A DNA stretch of 64,000 nt, taken from the human T2T-CHM13v2.0 reference genome, Homo sapiens. A program made the position numbers and the translations under genes. This document shows, one piece after another, positions 16,492 to 29,645 of this stretch. Each line of letters starts with the position of its first letter. The stretch's first letter is position 1. The notes below the pieces were generated by a model. It ran no database searches and had not been told where the DNA came from. It worked only from the letters and a program-made list of their open reading frames with translations. Where the stretch lies: NCBI RefSeq assembly GCF_009914755.1, contig NC_060928.1, one strand, 5' to 3'.

Positions 16492-17566
16492 CTGATCATA
16501 GATTTTTAGTCTTGAAATGAAACTTAGTGATAGGCCACAAGAGAAGAAATAGAGATCCAAAGATGTGAGGTTACTTTCTGGAGCTTACACAGTCAGGGGA
16601 AGATTACAGACTAGAAGCCAGGATGCCCAACACTGTACGTGTCTTTTTCAACTTGCATATAGAAAGAAAACTTGGAATATTATGAACAAGATGAGCTTTA
16701 CTAATACATCACAGAACATTTGAATAAAGCTGAAAAATCGAAACAAATATTTGTCTACTGCATTGTTAACAAATGGAAATCTGTAGTTTTAAGAGGGTAT
16801 TTTAACAATGAACATTTTTAGGGCTTGTATAAGGACATTTATAGAATGCTTATGAACAATAAAGCTGAGACATTACAATTTAATGGCACTTGATGGGACC
16901 TCAAGTGAAAGTTCTGTACAATTAGCTTTGTTTTGCACATCATAAATCACGTAAGTGTTCTATGAAAGATCAAAGGAATTCAAAACATTTAAACTGTATC
17001 ATTTGTTGAAGTCTGCAACCATCTACGAACCAAACTAGACAGTACTTTAGGCAAACTAAAATTATTCCACTAAAGGAAACCATAGAAAAGACAGTTTGAG
17101 TCAAGGACTCTGTTTGAATCAGGACCCATTAAAATATTTCTTTAACAAATGAGCCATTTGTGAAATTAGATTTCAAGCAAAATGGCTAGTCCACATTTTA
17201 AAATAAGTGGCTTAAGATTTTCCTTAGAAAAGAAGAGATTTGTGAATTTAGGGGAAAGATATCTTCTTGATGAATATATTAATAGCGGTCAAAGATAATA
17301 ATTGATTAATCAATGCCAGGCATTTACTAGATAAATGACCCAGATACAATCTGTCATTCTTTCCTTAGAGCTGCCTCTGTCCTTTGCATATACTTCAGGT
17401 ATGGCCGTAATCTCACCCTGAAAGTGTATATGGCCAATGAGCAACTTACGGGCAGGGATACTACATGTTTAATTTTTTGTTTTAACAGGCAAGGTGAATT
17501 ATTCATGTCACATATGGAATCTGTGGCAGACCCAGGATTAGGACTCAGATCCTTTGACTCAAAGTT

Positions 17567-18205
17567 CTGTGGAAATAAATGAAGACCCCCCAAATGAGAA
17601 TAAGCAAAGGCTATTTATTCAGAGCTCGCAATAGCAAGGGAGTCAACAACCATTGTCACTTGTTAAAGACAGGCAGAGAAATGAGAAAGTTTAATAGTGG
17701 AAAAAAGGGAAGACTTCAGATATGCCCTGGCTGGAGACTGTTGGCCCAGAAAAGCTGGAAGTGGCTAACCAGAAGTGAGCATCCTATGAGATTGGTTAGG
17801 GGTATGTATTTGACTTCTTTGGTTGGTCCTAAGTTGGAAGCAGGAATAAAAATTAGAGAAGCTGTCAGTTATTAATCAAGTCCTAGTTGTTTTGGGCCAA
17901 TTGTTACAGGGGTTATTATTTGGCTTCCAGGACTGGTTGGTAGAGATATTAGGTTGGTGCAAAAGTAATCACGGTTTTTGCTATTGAAAGTACTGGCAAA
18001 AAACCGCAGTTACTTTTGTACCAATCTAATAACTGTCTGACTTCCTGTAGGTGTGACTCATAGACAGCAGGCTGGCTTCCTGGGCTGGTTACTAGAGATA
18101 ATGTGTGATTTCCTGAGCTGGTTGCTGCAGATTGTGGGTCAGAGTTCATATGGGCTCTTAGGACTCATTTATCTACAGTCTGGCCATTGATTGCATATTC
18201 TGTCA
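17567..18205 (-). mobile_element. Old ERVL-class LTR (LTR47/MER54/MER74-like)
   Basis: Minus-strand gaactctgacccacaatctgcagcaaccag and repeated aaccagcccaggaa motifs. Family uncertain. Confidence 0.55.
17949..18029. mobile_element. Full-length MADE1 (miR-548-type hairpin)
   Basis: ttaggttggtgcaaaagtaa...ttacttttgtaccaatctaa, with TIRs and TA TSD at 17947-17948 and 18030-18031. Confidence 0.95.
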
Positions 18206-18228
18206 GTTCAATTCTCTTCCTTCTAGAT

Positions 18229-18453
18229 CAGGAGCCAGCAAACTTTCTGTAAAGAGCTAGATTAAAAAAAGTATTTTCAGCTTTGCGAGCCTTACAATCT
18301 CAGCTGCAATTACTAAACTCTGTCACTTAAGCACAAAAGCAGCAGTAGACAATAGGTAAACAAATGGATTTGGCCATCTTTCAATAAAACTTTATTTTCA
18401 AAAACAAGCAGCAGGCTTGATTTGACCCTAGGGCCCCAGTTCACTGACCCCTG
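18229..18453. mobile_element. MER58A-like hAT-Charlie MITE
   Basis: cagg...cccctg termini. 8-bp TSD ttctagat/ttctggac. Confidence 0.85.
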
Positions 18454-18914
18454 TTCTGGACTGAAGAATTTGCACAAAATCAACAAATGTGCAAATAGCA
18501 ACTCTCTCCTCCTATGTTGTGATTCATTCCCTTTTGGTCTGTCTTAATGCTATTGAAGCTGTGATCATTGTAGTCTAGTTTCAAAGTGGCATCATATTAA
18601 AAAAACATAGTTCAACAACCAAAAATTTTTTAAAATATTATTTTTCCCCTCCTCTCAAAAGGTATTAGCACTCATTTAATTACTAAAGCAATACTTCTCA
18701 TCATAGTTTCCTTCTGTCTCATTTCTCTATAGCCCATACTCCCATTTATAGCCCATATTCCCATTTAAGATCCTCTTAGTTGCTAAAACCCCCAAAGAAA
18801 GCCTCTGCCACGCACAAGGAATCATCATTCCCTCAACACATCACATGGCAGGCAAGAGTAACCTTGTCAAATTGGCAAAGGTGGTCTGTCCTTAGCCTTG
18901 AACCCTTGTGTGTA

Positions 18915-19295
18915 CAATATGGCTGCCATAGTTCCAGGCATCACAAGGAGAAAAAATAGTATCCAGAGAAAGTAGAGGCCATTTCTTGCCTGTATCTCCT
19001 TAAGAGTGAAGAGCTCTCTCCCAGAAGCTTCGCAACAGACTCATCCTCATGTCTCATTTAGCCAATTGCATTACCTACTCATACCTATGTCAACACTGCC
19101 AAGGGCAATGGAATCGCCGTGATTGGCTGAGATCAAGCAGAAGTCACCTGCTGAGGCTGGGGATGCATCCTGTCTTCTCTGATGTACATAGTTTTACAGG
19201 GGAGGGTAGATGTGAATGAATGAATTTGAGATTCTTTAGGAAGGTTGAGGAAGAGAGGGTTGATATTGAGAAGCCAACCAGTGGTATCTTCACCA
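18915..19295 (-). mobile_element. Old MaLR LTR fragment (MLT1J/K/L-like)
   Basis: atggctgcc..gttccaggcatcac, cctcatgtctcatt and gattggct..gatcaa motifs. Confidence 0.6.
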
Positions 19296-20022
19296 ACAGG
19301 CAAAGGGGTAGGGAGAGAAAAGGGAGCAGGAGAAAGAAGAGGATTTATGAAGAGTCTGTCTTCAGGCTTTTAAACATTTTTCAAAGTAAAAACAATTAAG
19401 GATATCCTTTCTGTGGCAGATGGAAGGCCTGGCTCTGTTGATAGAGTTGACTCCCGCCTTCCTCTCAACACATTATGTCATGCAAGAGCAGGTAAGAGCA
19501 ACATTGTCAAATTGGCAAATATTGTCTTTCTTCTCTCCAGCCCAAATTTGATGTCTACTTTTACTCTTTCCATAAATCTCACCCTATTGTGCATTGAGTA
19601 CCTTGTACACCCCACTGTGAATGTTTTGAGTGGAGGGAGCTCTGGATATGGAGATGGAAAGGCCATGGGCATGAATCCTGGCTCTGACACTTACTAGGTT
19701 ATGACCTTGGACAAGTTACTTGACCACAATGAATATTAGTTACCCTGCATATACAGAGAAAAGATGTCTGCCTTTCTAGCTCATGCAGTTGTTATGAAGA
19801 TTAATGAATGAAATCATTTTTCTTAAAGCACCTGGTACATATGCACTAAATAATATTTTCATTTTTCCTGTGGGTTAACCAAAGCTGTCTACTCATTTTT
19901 CCCTGAACTCACTCATTTTGTGATTTTCTATCTTCACATGTAGCTTATATCATTTTTTTTCTTTCTAGTCTGCGACTCTCTCCACCTGCAATGCCTTTCC
20001 CCCTCTTCTTCATCTTGGATCT

Positions 20023-20160
20023 GAACCAGTTCAGAACACAACACAAAACAGGAGTGATGATAAGGCCTGGTGTACTAATTTATGATTAAAGATTAAGAAC
20101 CAAGTATGATCTGAAATGTGAACAAAGAACTATAGGCAGACATCTTAGTCACCTATAATG
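20023..20160 (+). repeat. Copy 1 of a ~138-bp dispersed direct repeat
   Basis: Aligns by eye to 21579-21713 at roughly 80-85% identity. Confidence 0.9.
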
Positions 20161-21578
20161 TAACTGTTGGAAGTCTGGCTTGATTCAGGATTATTTATAA
20201 ACCCCCTTTCCCTATTTCATACCAGGAGGACCATTCTCTGAAGGAGCTGCAGGACCTGGGGAATGGGGGGCATCATTGGAGAGACCTCATAGTACCATGT
20301 AAAGCCCCCAAAAGTTAATATTGTCCAAAAGATACCAGAGTAGTGCAATCCAGAAGCTGTCAGTCTGAGATCAGGGGCCACATGAGACAATGGAATAGGA
20401 GCTCAAGATAACTAAGTGGAAGAGAGAAATTACAGTGGGAGCTTTTGGCTGCAGTATTGATCCCTGCAAGTGTCATTTTTCTTCATGGGTGACTTATGTG
20501 TTATTTGAGCATGAATTTTCTCATCTTCAAAAGGGAGTCCATACCTAACTCTTATTTCTTATCTTTCATGAGAACGTAAACCCCAGAGAGGTAGAGTCAA
20601 TATTTATTTTATTTATTAATTTACCAATTATATCTAACTCATAGTATACTACTGACATGTAATAAACACAATAAATACCTGTTGAAAAATGAAAGAGTGT
20701 AAAATAAGAGGACATAGATGCAAATCTTTGTAAACTTAGGGTATGATACAAATGAAATATATTCTGTTCTGCTCACCTCCAAGAGCTTAGCATAAATCTC
20801 TATATAGAACAGGTATGAAGCTGATGTTCACTGATAGGTCCTATGTCTTGTAAGGAATGTAGAGCATACTGTAAGGTTGCTTTCATCAAAATCTGAAATC
20901 TTTTAGAGCAGGAGAAGGCCTGTCCTGTGTAAGACCATCATCAATGTCTTGCCTTCAAGTTGTTTACTGGCAAATGGCTTCCTCCAAATGCAGGGCAAAC
21001 ATTATTAATTGATTGTGATACTTTCCTTTACATGGCCTTCATGTTATTTTAAAACCATTTTTTATAGGCAGCTAATACCAATTGTTCAAAATTGGCACTT
21101 ACATTGAAGATTATTTGCCATCTATAGTCTTAATTCAAGAGTACTCTTTTTTATTTTGCATGTTTGTTTATTTTCCTGAGGATCTCCATTAATAGAAACT
21201 CCACAGTCTCATTTGCTGATTAATTTTTTGTTCCCATTTTTTTGGCCATCAGAAAGTTTTAGTATCCAAGTATAAGCTCTCTTGCTGTAAAAATGGGGCC
21301 GTCCTTGTCCTTCAACTCAAACAAGTATTGCAAAGAAATATGATGTGCTTTGCTTCTAAGAAATAAGGGAGATATCAATGGGGAAATGAATCAATCCACC
21401 TCAGTGAGATTACTGAGAAGTTTCTGAGAAACAAGCCTCCATGCATACAAGGGCCACACCTAGAACACCAGATTCACTTTTAAGTGCACTCTTCTGTTTC
21501 CATAACCTGCTACGCTTATCCACAGTTTTCATCTTGTAAAGCACTTTACAAACATTTACTAATTGATTTATTATTCTG

Positions 21579-21713
21579 GAACCAGTTCAGAACACAACAC
21601 ACAAGAGTGATGAAGAGGCCTGACATACTAATTTATGATGAAAGATTAAGAACTGAATATGGTCTGAAATTTGAACAAAGAACTACAGGCAGACATCTTA
21701 GCCATCTATAATG
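21579..21713 (+). repeat. Copy 2 of the ~138-bp dispersed direct repeat
   Basis: gaaccagttcagaacacaacac...ggcagacatcttag...ctataatg, shared with 20023-20160. Confidence 0.9.
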
Positions 21714-22111
21714 ACTTAGGAGTCTGTGAACTCCAAAGCAAGAGATAGATTATTTCACTTGGCCATCAGAGGTTTCAAAAGAGAAAGTTTATTTATTTCT
21801 TAAATGAAGAAAAATTTAGTCAGGCAGATTGATTCATTAGGGCTATGAGCTGTCCCAGGAAGCTGCAGATTCAAGGTGGCTGCAGAACCAAGGTTGAGAA
21901 CAGAGAATGAAGCTCATTTACATTCAGAAATAAAACCAAAGCCTCTTTATACTCTGCTCTTCCCATTCTCGCTACACTGACCCATCTGTTGTTAATATAT
22001 AATTTTGAGAAACTTTTACCATCCTTATGTCTCTGGAAATAAACTGAGAATATGCAACGCTAAACCTAAGAAAGACTGCAATTTAATACACTGTTAAGAA
22101 TACTCCATGTT

Positions 22112-22316
22112 GGGGAACATCACACACCGGGGCCTGTCCAGGGGTGTGGGGGGCTAGAGGAGGGATAGCATTAGGAGAAATACCTAATATAGATGACGGG
22201 TTGATGGGTGCAGCAAACCACCATGGCACATGTATACCTATGTAACAAACCTGCACGTTCTGCACATGTATCCCAGAACTTAAAGTATAATTAAAAAGAA
22301 AAAAAAAAGAATAAAA
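22112..22316 (+). mobile_element. Short L1PA7-like 3' end
   Basis: gatgacgggttgatgggtgcagcaaaccaccatgg, A tail, TSD aagaatactccatgt / aggaataccccctgt. Confidence 0.9.
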
Positions 22317-23512
22317 AGGAATACCCCCTGTCAAAAAGATTGTGTCTGTTGATTACAGGCTTTAAAATGGGCATTTATATGACTAGTTCTTCCAGGGTTT
22401 TTGTTAGCAACTCTGATCTCAGGCCTACAGAAAATGTGTAATAATAGTATCAACAAAACTAGCTCATAGATTCTTTTTAACATTTTTATTTTAATTTATT
22501 ATGTTATTTTCAATTGGCAAATCATAAATGTATACATTTCTGGGGCACAATGTGAAGTTTTGATATATGTATACAATGTGGAATGATTACGTCAAGCTAG
22601 TTAAGATATGTATTACCTCCCTGTCTTTTTTATGGTGAGACATTTAAAATTTGCTCTTAGTTAGTCTGAAATATACAATACATTATTATTATTGATCTAT
22701 TACCCTACTGTGTAATAGGTCTCAAAACATATTCCTTCTGTTTACTTTAAACTTTGTGCTTATTGATCAACAGCTCCTCATTCCCTCCCTCTCTTGTCCT
22801 CTAACCCCTGGTAACTCTCATTCTACTCTCTACTTCTATGAGTTGAACTTTATTACATTTCACATATAAGTGAGATCATGTGATATTTTTCTTTCTCTTC
22901 TTGACTTATTTCACTTAGCATACTGTCCTCCACATTCATCCATGATGTTAGAAATGGCAGACTTTCCCCCCTCCCCATTTAATGCTAAATAGAATTCCAT
23001 TCTGTATATATACTGCATTTTAAAAAGTCTGTTCAATTGTTGGATACTTAGGTTTATGCCATATATTGGCTACTGCGAATATTGCTGCAATGAACATGGG
23101 AGTGCAGATATACCTTGAACATATTGATTTCATTTTTTTGGCTATATACCTAGAAGTAGGATGACTAGAACATAATTTAGTTCTATTTTTAGTTTTTTGA
23201 AGAACTTCCATACTGTTTTTCATGATGGCTATACTAATTTACATTTGCACCAACAACGTAAAATAGCACCTTTTCTTTGCATCTTCTCAAACACGTATCT
23301 TTTATCTTTTTATAAAAGCCGTTCTAAAAGGTGTAAAGTGACATCTTACTGTGGTTTTAGTTTGCATTTCCCTAATTATTAGTGATGCTGAGCATTTTTT
23401 CATGTACTTATTGGCCACTTGTATGTCTTCTTTTGAGAAATGTCTATTCAAGTCCTTTGCCCATTTTTCAATCAGGTTTTTTTTTTTTCTTACTACTGAG
23501 TTGTTTGAATTC

Positions 23513-23871
23513 TATTACGGTTTGGCTGTGTCCCCACCCAGATCTGATCTTGAATTGTAGCTCCCATAATTCCCACATGTTTTGGGAGGGACCTGACAAA
23601 AGATAATTGAATCATAGGGGCTGTTCCCCTATATTCTTCTCATGGTAGAAAGTCTCATGAGATCTAATAGTTTTATAAGGGGTTTCTGCTTTCACTTGGC
23701 TCTCATTCCCTCTTTTGCCTGCTGCCATGTAAGATGTGCCTTTTGCCTTCTGCCATGATTGTGAGGCCTCCCCAGCCACGTGGAACTGTGAATCTACTAA
23801 ACCTCTTTTTCTTTATTAATTACCCAGTCTTGGGTATGTCTTTATCAGCAGCATGAAAATGAACTAATACA
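23513..23871 (+). mobile_element. THE1 (THE1C-like) solo LTR
   Basis: ggtttggctgtgtccccaccc...gaactaataca. TSD aattc/agttc. Confidence 0.92.
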
Positions 23872-24608
23872 AGTTCCTTACATATTTTAAATATTAACCC
23901 CTTATCAGATGTATGGTTGTAAATATTTTCCATGATTCTTTGGGTTGTCTTCACTTTGTTAATTGTTTTCTTTGCTTTCTAGAAGCTTTTTAGTTTGATG
24001 CCATACCATTTGTCTATTTTTGCTTTTGCTGCTTGCACTTTTGGGGTGATACCAAAAAAAGCATTGCCCAGAGCAATGCCATGGAGCTTATTCCTATATT
24101 TTCTTCTAGTAGTTTTAGAATTTCAGATTTTATATTTAAGTGTTTAATACATTTTGAATTGATTTCTCTATATGGTGTAAAGGTCAAAAATTGTTTCCCC
24201 ATTGTATGTTCAAAGGTTGAAAAGAGTGTGCATGGCCTTTATAAATTTGGAAAATCAATGTTTTTCCATCAATTCCAAGGTTATATATAATTTTAAACTC
24301 TTTTTTTCCAGGTTGGTCTAGCAAAGGATTTGTCATTTTTGTTTATGTCTTCAAAAAACCAATCTTTAGTTTTGTTGACTTTTCTATTTTTTTCTAGTTT
24401 CTTTATTTCTGCTCTGATCTTTGTTACTTCCTTTCTTCTGTTAACTTTGGGCTTAGTTTATTCTTCCTCTTTTAGTTCCTTAAGTGTAATGTTATCTGTA
24501 ATTTTCTTGTTTGATACAGGCATTTATTACTGCAAATTTCCCTCATGGGACGGCTTTTGTGGCGTCACAAGTTTTGGTATGTTGTGTTCCAATTTTTGTT
24601 TGTTTTAA

Positions 24609-24889
<281 letters not shown>

Positions 24890-27800
24890 TAAGTTTTTTT
24901 TTTTTTTAATTTTCTTTTTGCTTTCTTCTGTTGCCTGTTGGTTGTTTAGGATCATGTTTAAGTTTTACGTATTTGTGTATTTTCTAAGATTCCTTCTGTT
25001 ACTGATTTCTACTTTCATGCCACTGTGATCCAAAAATGTACTTGATATGATTTCAATCCTCCTAAATTTGTTAAGATTTGTTTTGGGGCCTAAGAGAAGA
25101 TCTATTCTAAAAAATGTTCCATTTATACTTGAGAAGCATGTGTATTCTACTACTACTGGACGGAATGTCCTATATATGTCTGTCAGGTCTATTTGGTCTA
25201 ATTCAAGTCCAATGTTTCTGTATTGATTTTCTGTCTTATGATATATCCATTGCTGAAAATGGGGTATTGAAGGTGTCTGCTATTATAATAATGCAGTCTA
25301 TCTCTCCCTTTAAATTATTTAATAATGGCTTTAGATGCTCTGGTGTTGGGTGCATATGTATTTATAATTGTTATATCTTCTTAGTGAATTAACCCCTTTA
25401 TTATTACATAATGACATTATTTGTCTTTCATTATGGTTTTTGACTTAAGGTGTATTTTTGTATGATGTAAGTATAGCCACCTCTGCTCTCTTGTGGTTTC
25501 CATTTGCATGGAATGCCTTGTTTCATCCCTTTACATTCAGTCTGTGTGTGTCCATACAAGTAAAGAGGGTGTCTTGTGGGCAGCATACATTGAATTTTGT
25601 TTGTTTGTTTCATTTATTCACTGTATATAATTTTATTAGATAATTAAATCTATTTACATTCAAGGTAAATATTAGTAGCTAAGGATGTGCTACTGCTACT
25701 TTGTAATTTGTTTTCTGATTGTTTTGTAGGTTTCTTGCTTCTTCCTCTCTTGCTGACTTCCTCTGTAGTTTCATGATTTTTATGATGATATCCTTTTAAT
25801 CCTTTCTTTTTATATTATGCAACTACGATAATTTTTTGCTCTGTGGTTACCCTGAGGCTTACATGAAATACCTTATCCTTATAACAGGCTACTTTAAGCT
25901 GATAATAACTTGCCTTTAATCACATACAAAAGTGACATTTTCCCTCCCTTCCCCTCCACCATTTATGATTTTGATGTCAAATTTACATTTGCTTTTATAA
26001 TTTATATTCTTTAACAATTTATGTAGCAATAGTTGTTTTTAATATTTTAATCTTTTAACTCTACTACTAGGGATAAAATTGCTTTCCACACCACATTTAT
26101 AGTATTAGAGAATTCTGAGGATGACGATGTGCTACTTATACCATTAAGTCTTTTTACCTTCATTTTCTTTGTTATTAATTAGCAGCCTTTTTTTTTCAGC
26201 CTAAAGAACTCCCTTTAGCAATTCCTGTAAAACAGGCTTAGTAGTAATAAACTCCCTTAAGTTTTGTTTTTCTAAGAAAATTTTTATTTTTCTTTTATTT
26301 CTGAAGGACAGATCTGCCCAATAAAATATTCTTGGTTGGCAGTATTTTTTCCTTTAGCACTTTGAATTTATTATTCCACTCTCTATTCTCCTAAAGAATT
26401 TCGGCTGAGAAATCCACTAAAAGATGGATTGAGATCCCCCTAAAGGTAATGTTTCTTATCTCTTGCTGCTTTTAGAATTCTCTTTTTTTTTGTCTTTGAT
26501 TTTTGCTAATTTGATTATGATGTATCTTGGTAAACTCTGAACTGAATTTGATTGGCAACATCTGAGCTTCCTGTACCTGGATATTGTCATATTTCCTAAG
26601 ATTTGGAAAATTTTCAATCATTATTTCCTTAAATGTGCTTTCTAGGCTTTTTTCTTTTTTACTTCAGAAACCTGTAAATATTTGTTCACCTGATATTCTA
26701 TAATTCCTATAGACTTTTTTCATTCTATTTTTTTTTGCTCTTCAGATTGAATAATTTCAAATAGCTTATTTTTAAGCTCACTGATTCTTCCTTCTGCTTG
26801 ATCAATTCTACTATTGAAGCTTCCAATGAATTTTTAAATTTAGTTATTGTATTCTTTATTTCTAGGATTTCTATTTGTTTTATTGTTATTTCTATTTCCT
26901 TGTCAAGCTTCTCATGAATAATTTTCCAAATTTTATTTAATTTTCTATCCATATTTTCTTGGCATTTTCTGAACTTCCTTAAAATAATTATTCTGAATTC
27001 TTTGTTAATCATTTCCTAGATCTCCATATTCTCTGCAGATTTATGTTTCTTCTGGTGGCGTTATATTTCTCTGATTTTTTCATAATCTTTGTGTACATTC
27101 ATTGATGTCTGGTCATTTGAAGAGGTGACCACAACTTTTGGCCTTTGCAGGTATTATTTGGTGGTAATAGACCTTTACTGTTTAGCCTAGCCTGAAATTC
27201 TGGATGGGCCACTAGTAGGAATCTAAGGAAAGCAGACCTTGGTGTCAAGCTCTCTAGTTGGGCTTGGTTGCTTTCTGTGTTCTAAAGTTGATTGGTACTG
27301 TTTATTGTGTTCCATGGTCTGGTGAGAACACTGGCCGGACTCTGTAGTGAGGTGGAACTATTGCCTGGGCTTTGTAATAATCTCTGCTGGGACAGGGTTG
27401 CATATTGGGCAGGTTGTCTTCCTGTCTGGGCAGTGCTGTTATTTGGAATCTGTAGTTGGACAGGGTTATGTGCTTGGCTGTAAGGCTGGGTGAGGCCTCT
27501 GGGATTGATGCTCAACCACACAGAGTGGGCAGGGCCAAAGGCTATGCTCCACAGTTTATATGTAGACTTGGACTTGCCTCCCAGCCTAGGGTAGGCATAA
27601 GCAGAGCACCATGGATTGCTGGTCATTACTTAGCAACTTGGGTTGGGTGAGACCAGATGCTCCCTCTGTGGGTAATCACTAACCTGTTGTTGCCTCCTAG
27701 TCTGGGGAAGACTTTGTTTATTAGCTGATACATAATATGGGTACATTTTTATGAGGGTATATGTGATACTTTGATACATGCATACAACGTGTAATTTTCA

Positions 27801-28547
27801 AACCATAGTATTAATTTACCTACCCACCATATCAAACATTCATCCTTTTTTTGTGTTGAGAACATTTCTTCTCTGCTAGCTATTTTGAAATATGCAATCT
27901 ATTATTGTTAATGATAATCACCCTATTGTGTTTTGAACACTAGAACTTATTCTTTCTACCTAACTATGTGCTTGTACTCATTATTGACCTCTTTTTGTCA
28001 CCACCTCACATCATTCCTAGCCTCTGGTAACTTTCAGTCTACTCTCTACCTCTATGAGGTCAACATTTTTAGCTCCTACATATGAGTGAAAACTTGGTAT
28101 TTGTTTTTTGGTGCCTGGATTATTTGACATAATACAATGACCCCCAGTTCTAACCATGTTGCTGCAAATGACAGAATTTCATTCTCTTTTATATCTTAAC
28201 AGTACTTCATTGTGTATATATATATACACCACACTTTCTTTATCCATACACTCATTGATAGATACTTAAGTTGATTCTATATCTTGACTATTGTGAATAG
28301 TGCTGCAATAAACATGGGGGTGCAAGTATCCCTTTGATATACTTATTTCCTTTCTTTTGGATAAATACCCAGTAGTGGCATTGTTGGATCAGGTAGTTGC
28401 TCTATTTTTAGTTATTTGAGGAGCCTCCATATTATTTTATTTAATGGCTATACTAATTTACATTCCCACCAACAGTGTAGAAGAGTTTCCATTTCTCTGC
28501 ATTATTACCAGCATTTGTTACTTTTTGTCTTTTTAATAATAGTGATT

Positions 28548-29238
28548 ATTTTTATGTAACATTTATTTTAAGTTCAGGGTACATGTGCAGGTTTGTTACA
28601 AAGGTAAACTCATGTTATGGGGGTTTGTTTTATAGATTATTACTTAACACTTAGGTATTAAGCCAGTACTCATTAGTTATTTTTCCTGATTCTCTCCCTC
28701 TTCCTACCCTCCACCGTCTAATAGGCCCTAGTGTGTGTTGATCCCCTCTATGTGTCCATGTTCTCATCATTAAGCTCCTGCTTATAAGTGAGAACATGTA
28801 GTATTTGCTTTTCTGTTCCTGTGTTGCTTTGCTAAGGATAATGGCCTCCAGCTCCATCCATGTCCCTGCAAAGAACATGACCTTATTCTTTTTTATGGCT
28901 GCATAGTATTCTGTGTTGTGTAAGAATCACATTTTCTTTATCCAGTCTATTACTGATGGGAATTTAGGTTGATTCCATGCCTTTGCCATTGCAAATAGTG
29001 CTGCAATGAACTTACACGTTCCTGTATCTTTATAATAGAACACTTTATATTACTTTGGTTATATACTGAGTAATGGGATTGCTGAGCCGAATGGTATTTG
29101 TGTCTTTAGATCCTTGCATAATCAGCACACTGTCTTCCACAATGGCAGAACTAACTTAAACTCCAACCAACAGTGTATAAGCATTCCTTTTTCTTCACAA
29201 CCTCACCAGCATCTGTTATTTTCTGACTTTTTAATAAT
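28548..29238 (-). mobile_element. L1PA13-16-like 3' end nested in the L1MA
   Basis: ttaagttcagggtacatgtgcaggtttgttac start. Imperfect TSD ataatag(tg/cc)att. Confidence 0.85.
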
Positions 29239-29645
29239 TGACAGATAATAGCCATTCTAACTGGGGATATCACATCATGGCTTTGATTTGCATTTCCCTT
29301 ATGATTATTGAAGTTAAGCATTTTAAAATGTGAGTTGCCCATTTGTATGTCTTCTTTTGAGAAATGTCTATTCAGACCCTTTGCTCACATTTTAATGAGA
29401 TTATTTTTATTTTTTCTTGTTGAGTTGAGTTTCGAGTTTCATATTCCGGAAAGTAGTCCCTTGTCAGATACATAGTTTGGAAATATTTTCTCCTATTCAA
29501 AAGGTTATCCCTTTATTCTGTTGATTGTTTCCTTTGCTGTGCAGAAATTAGTTTAATATAGCCCCATTTGTCTATTTTTGTTTTTTATTTCTTGCACTTT
29601 TGAGGTCTTAGCCATAAAATTTTTGCCCTGATCAATGTCCTAGAG

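Noticed and set aside
20088-20097. AAAGATTAAG identical to a 5' 18S rRNA stretch
   Set aside because: Only 10 nt and in sense orientation, so neither an rRNA fragment nor an antisense guide.
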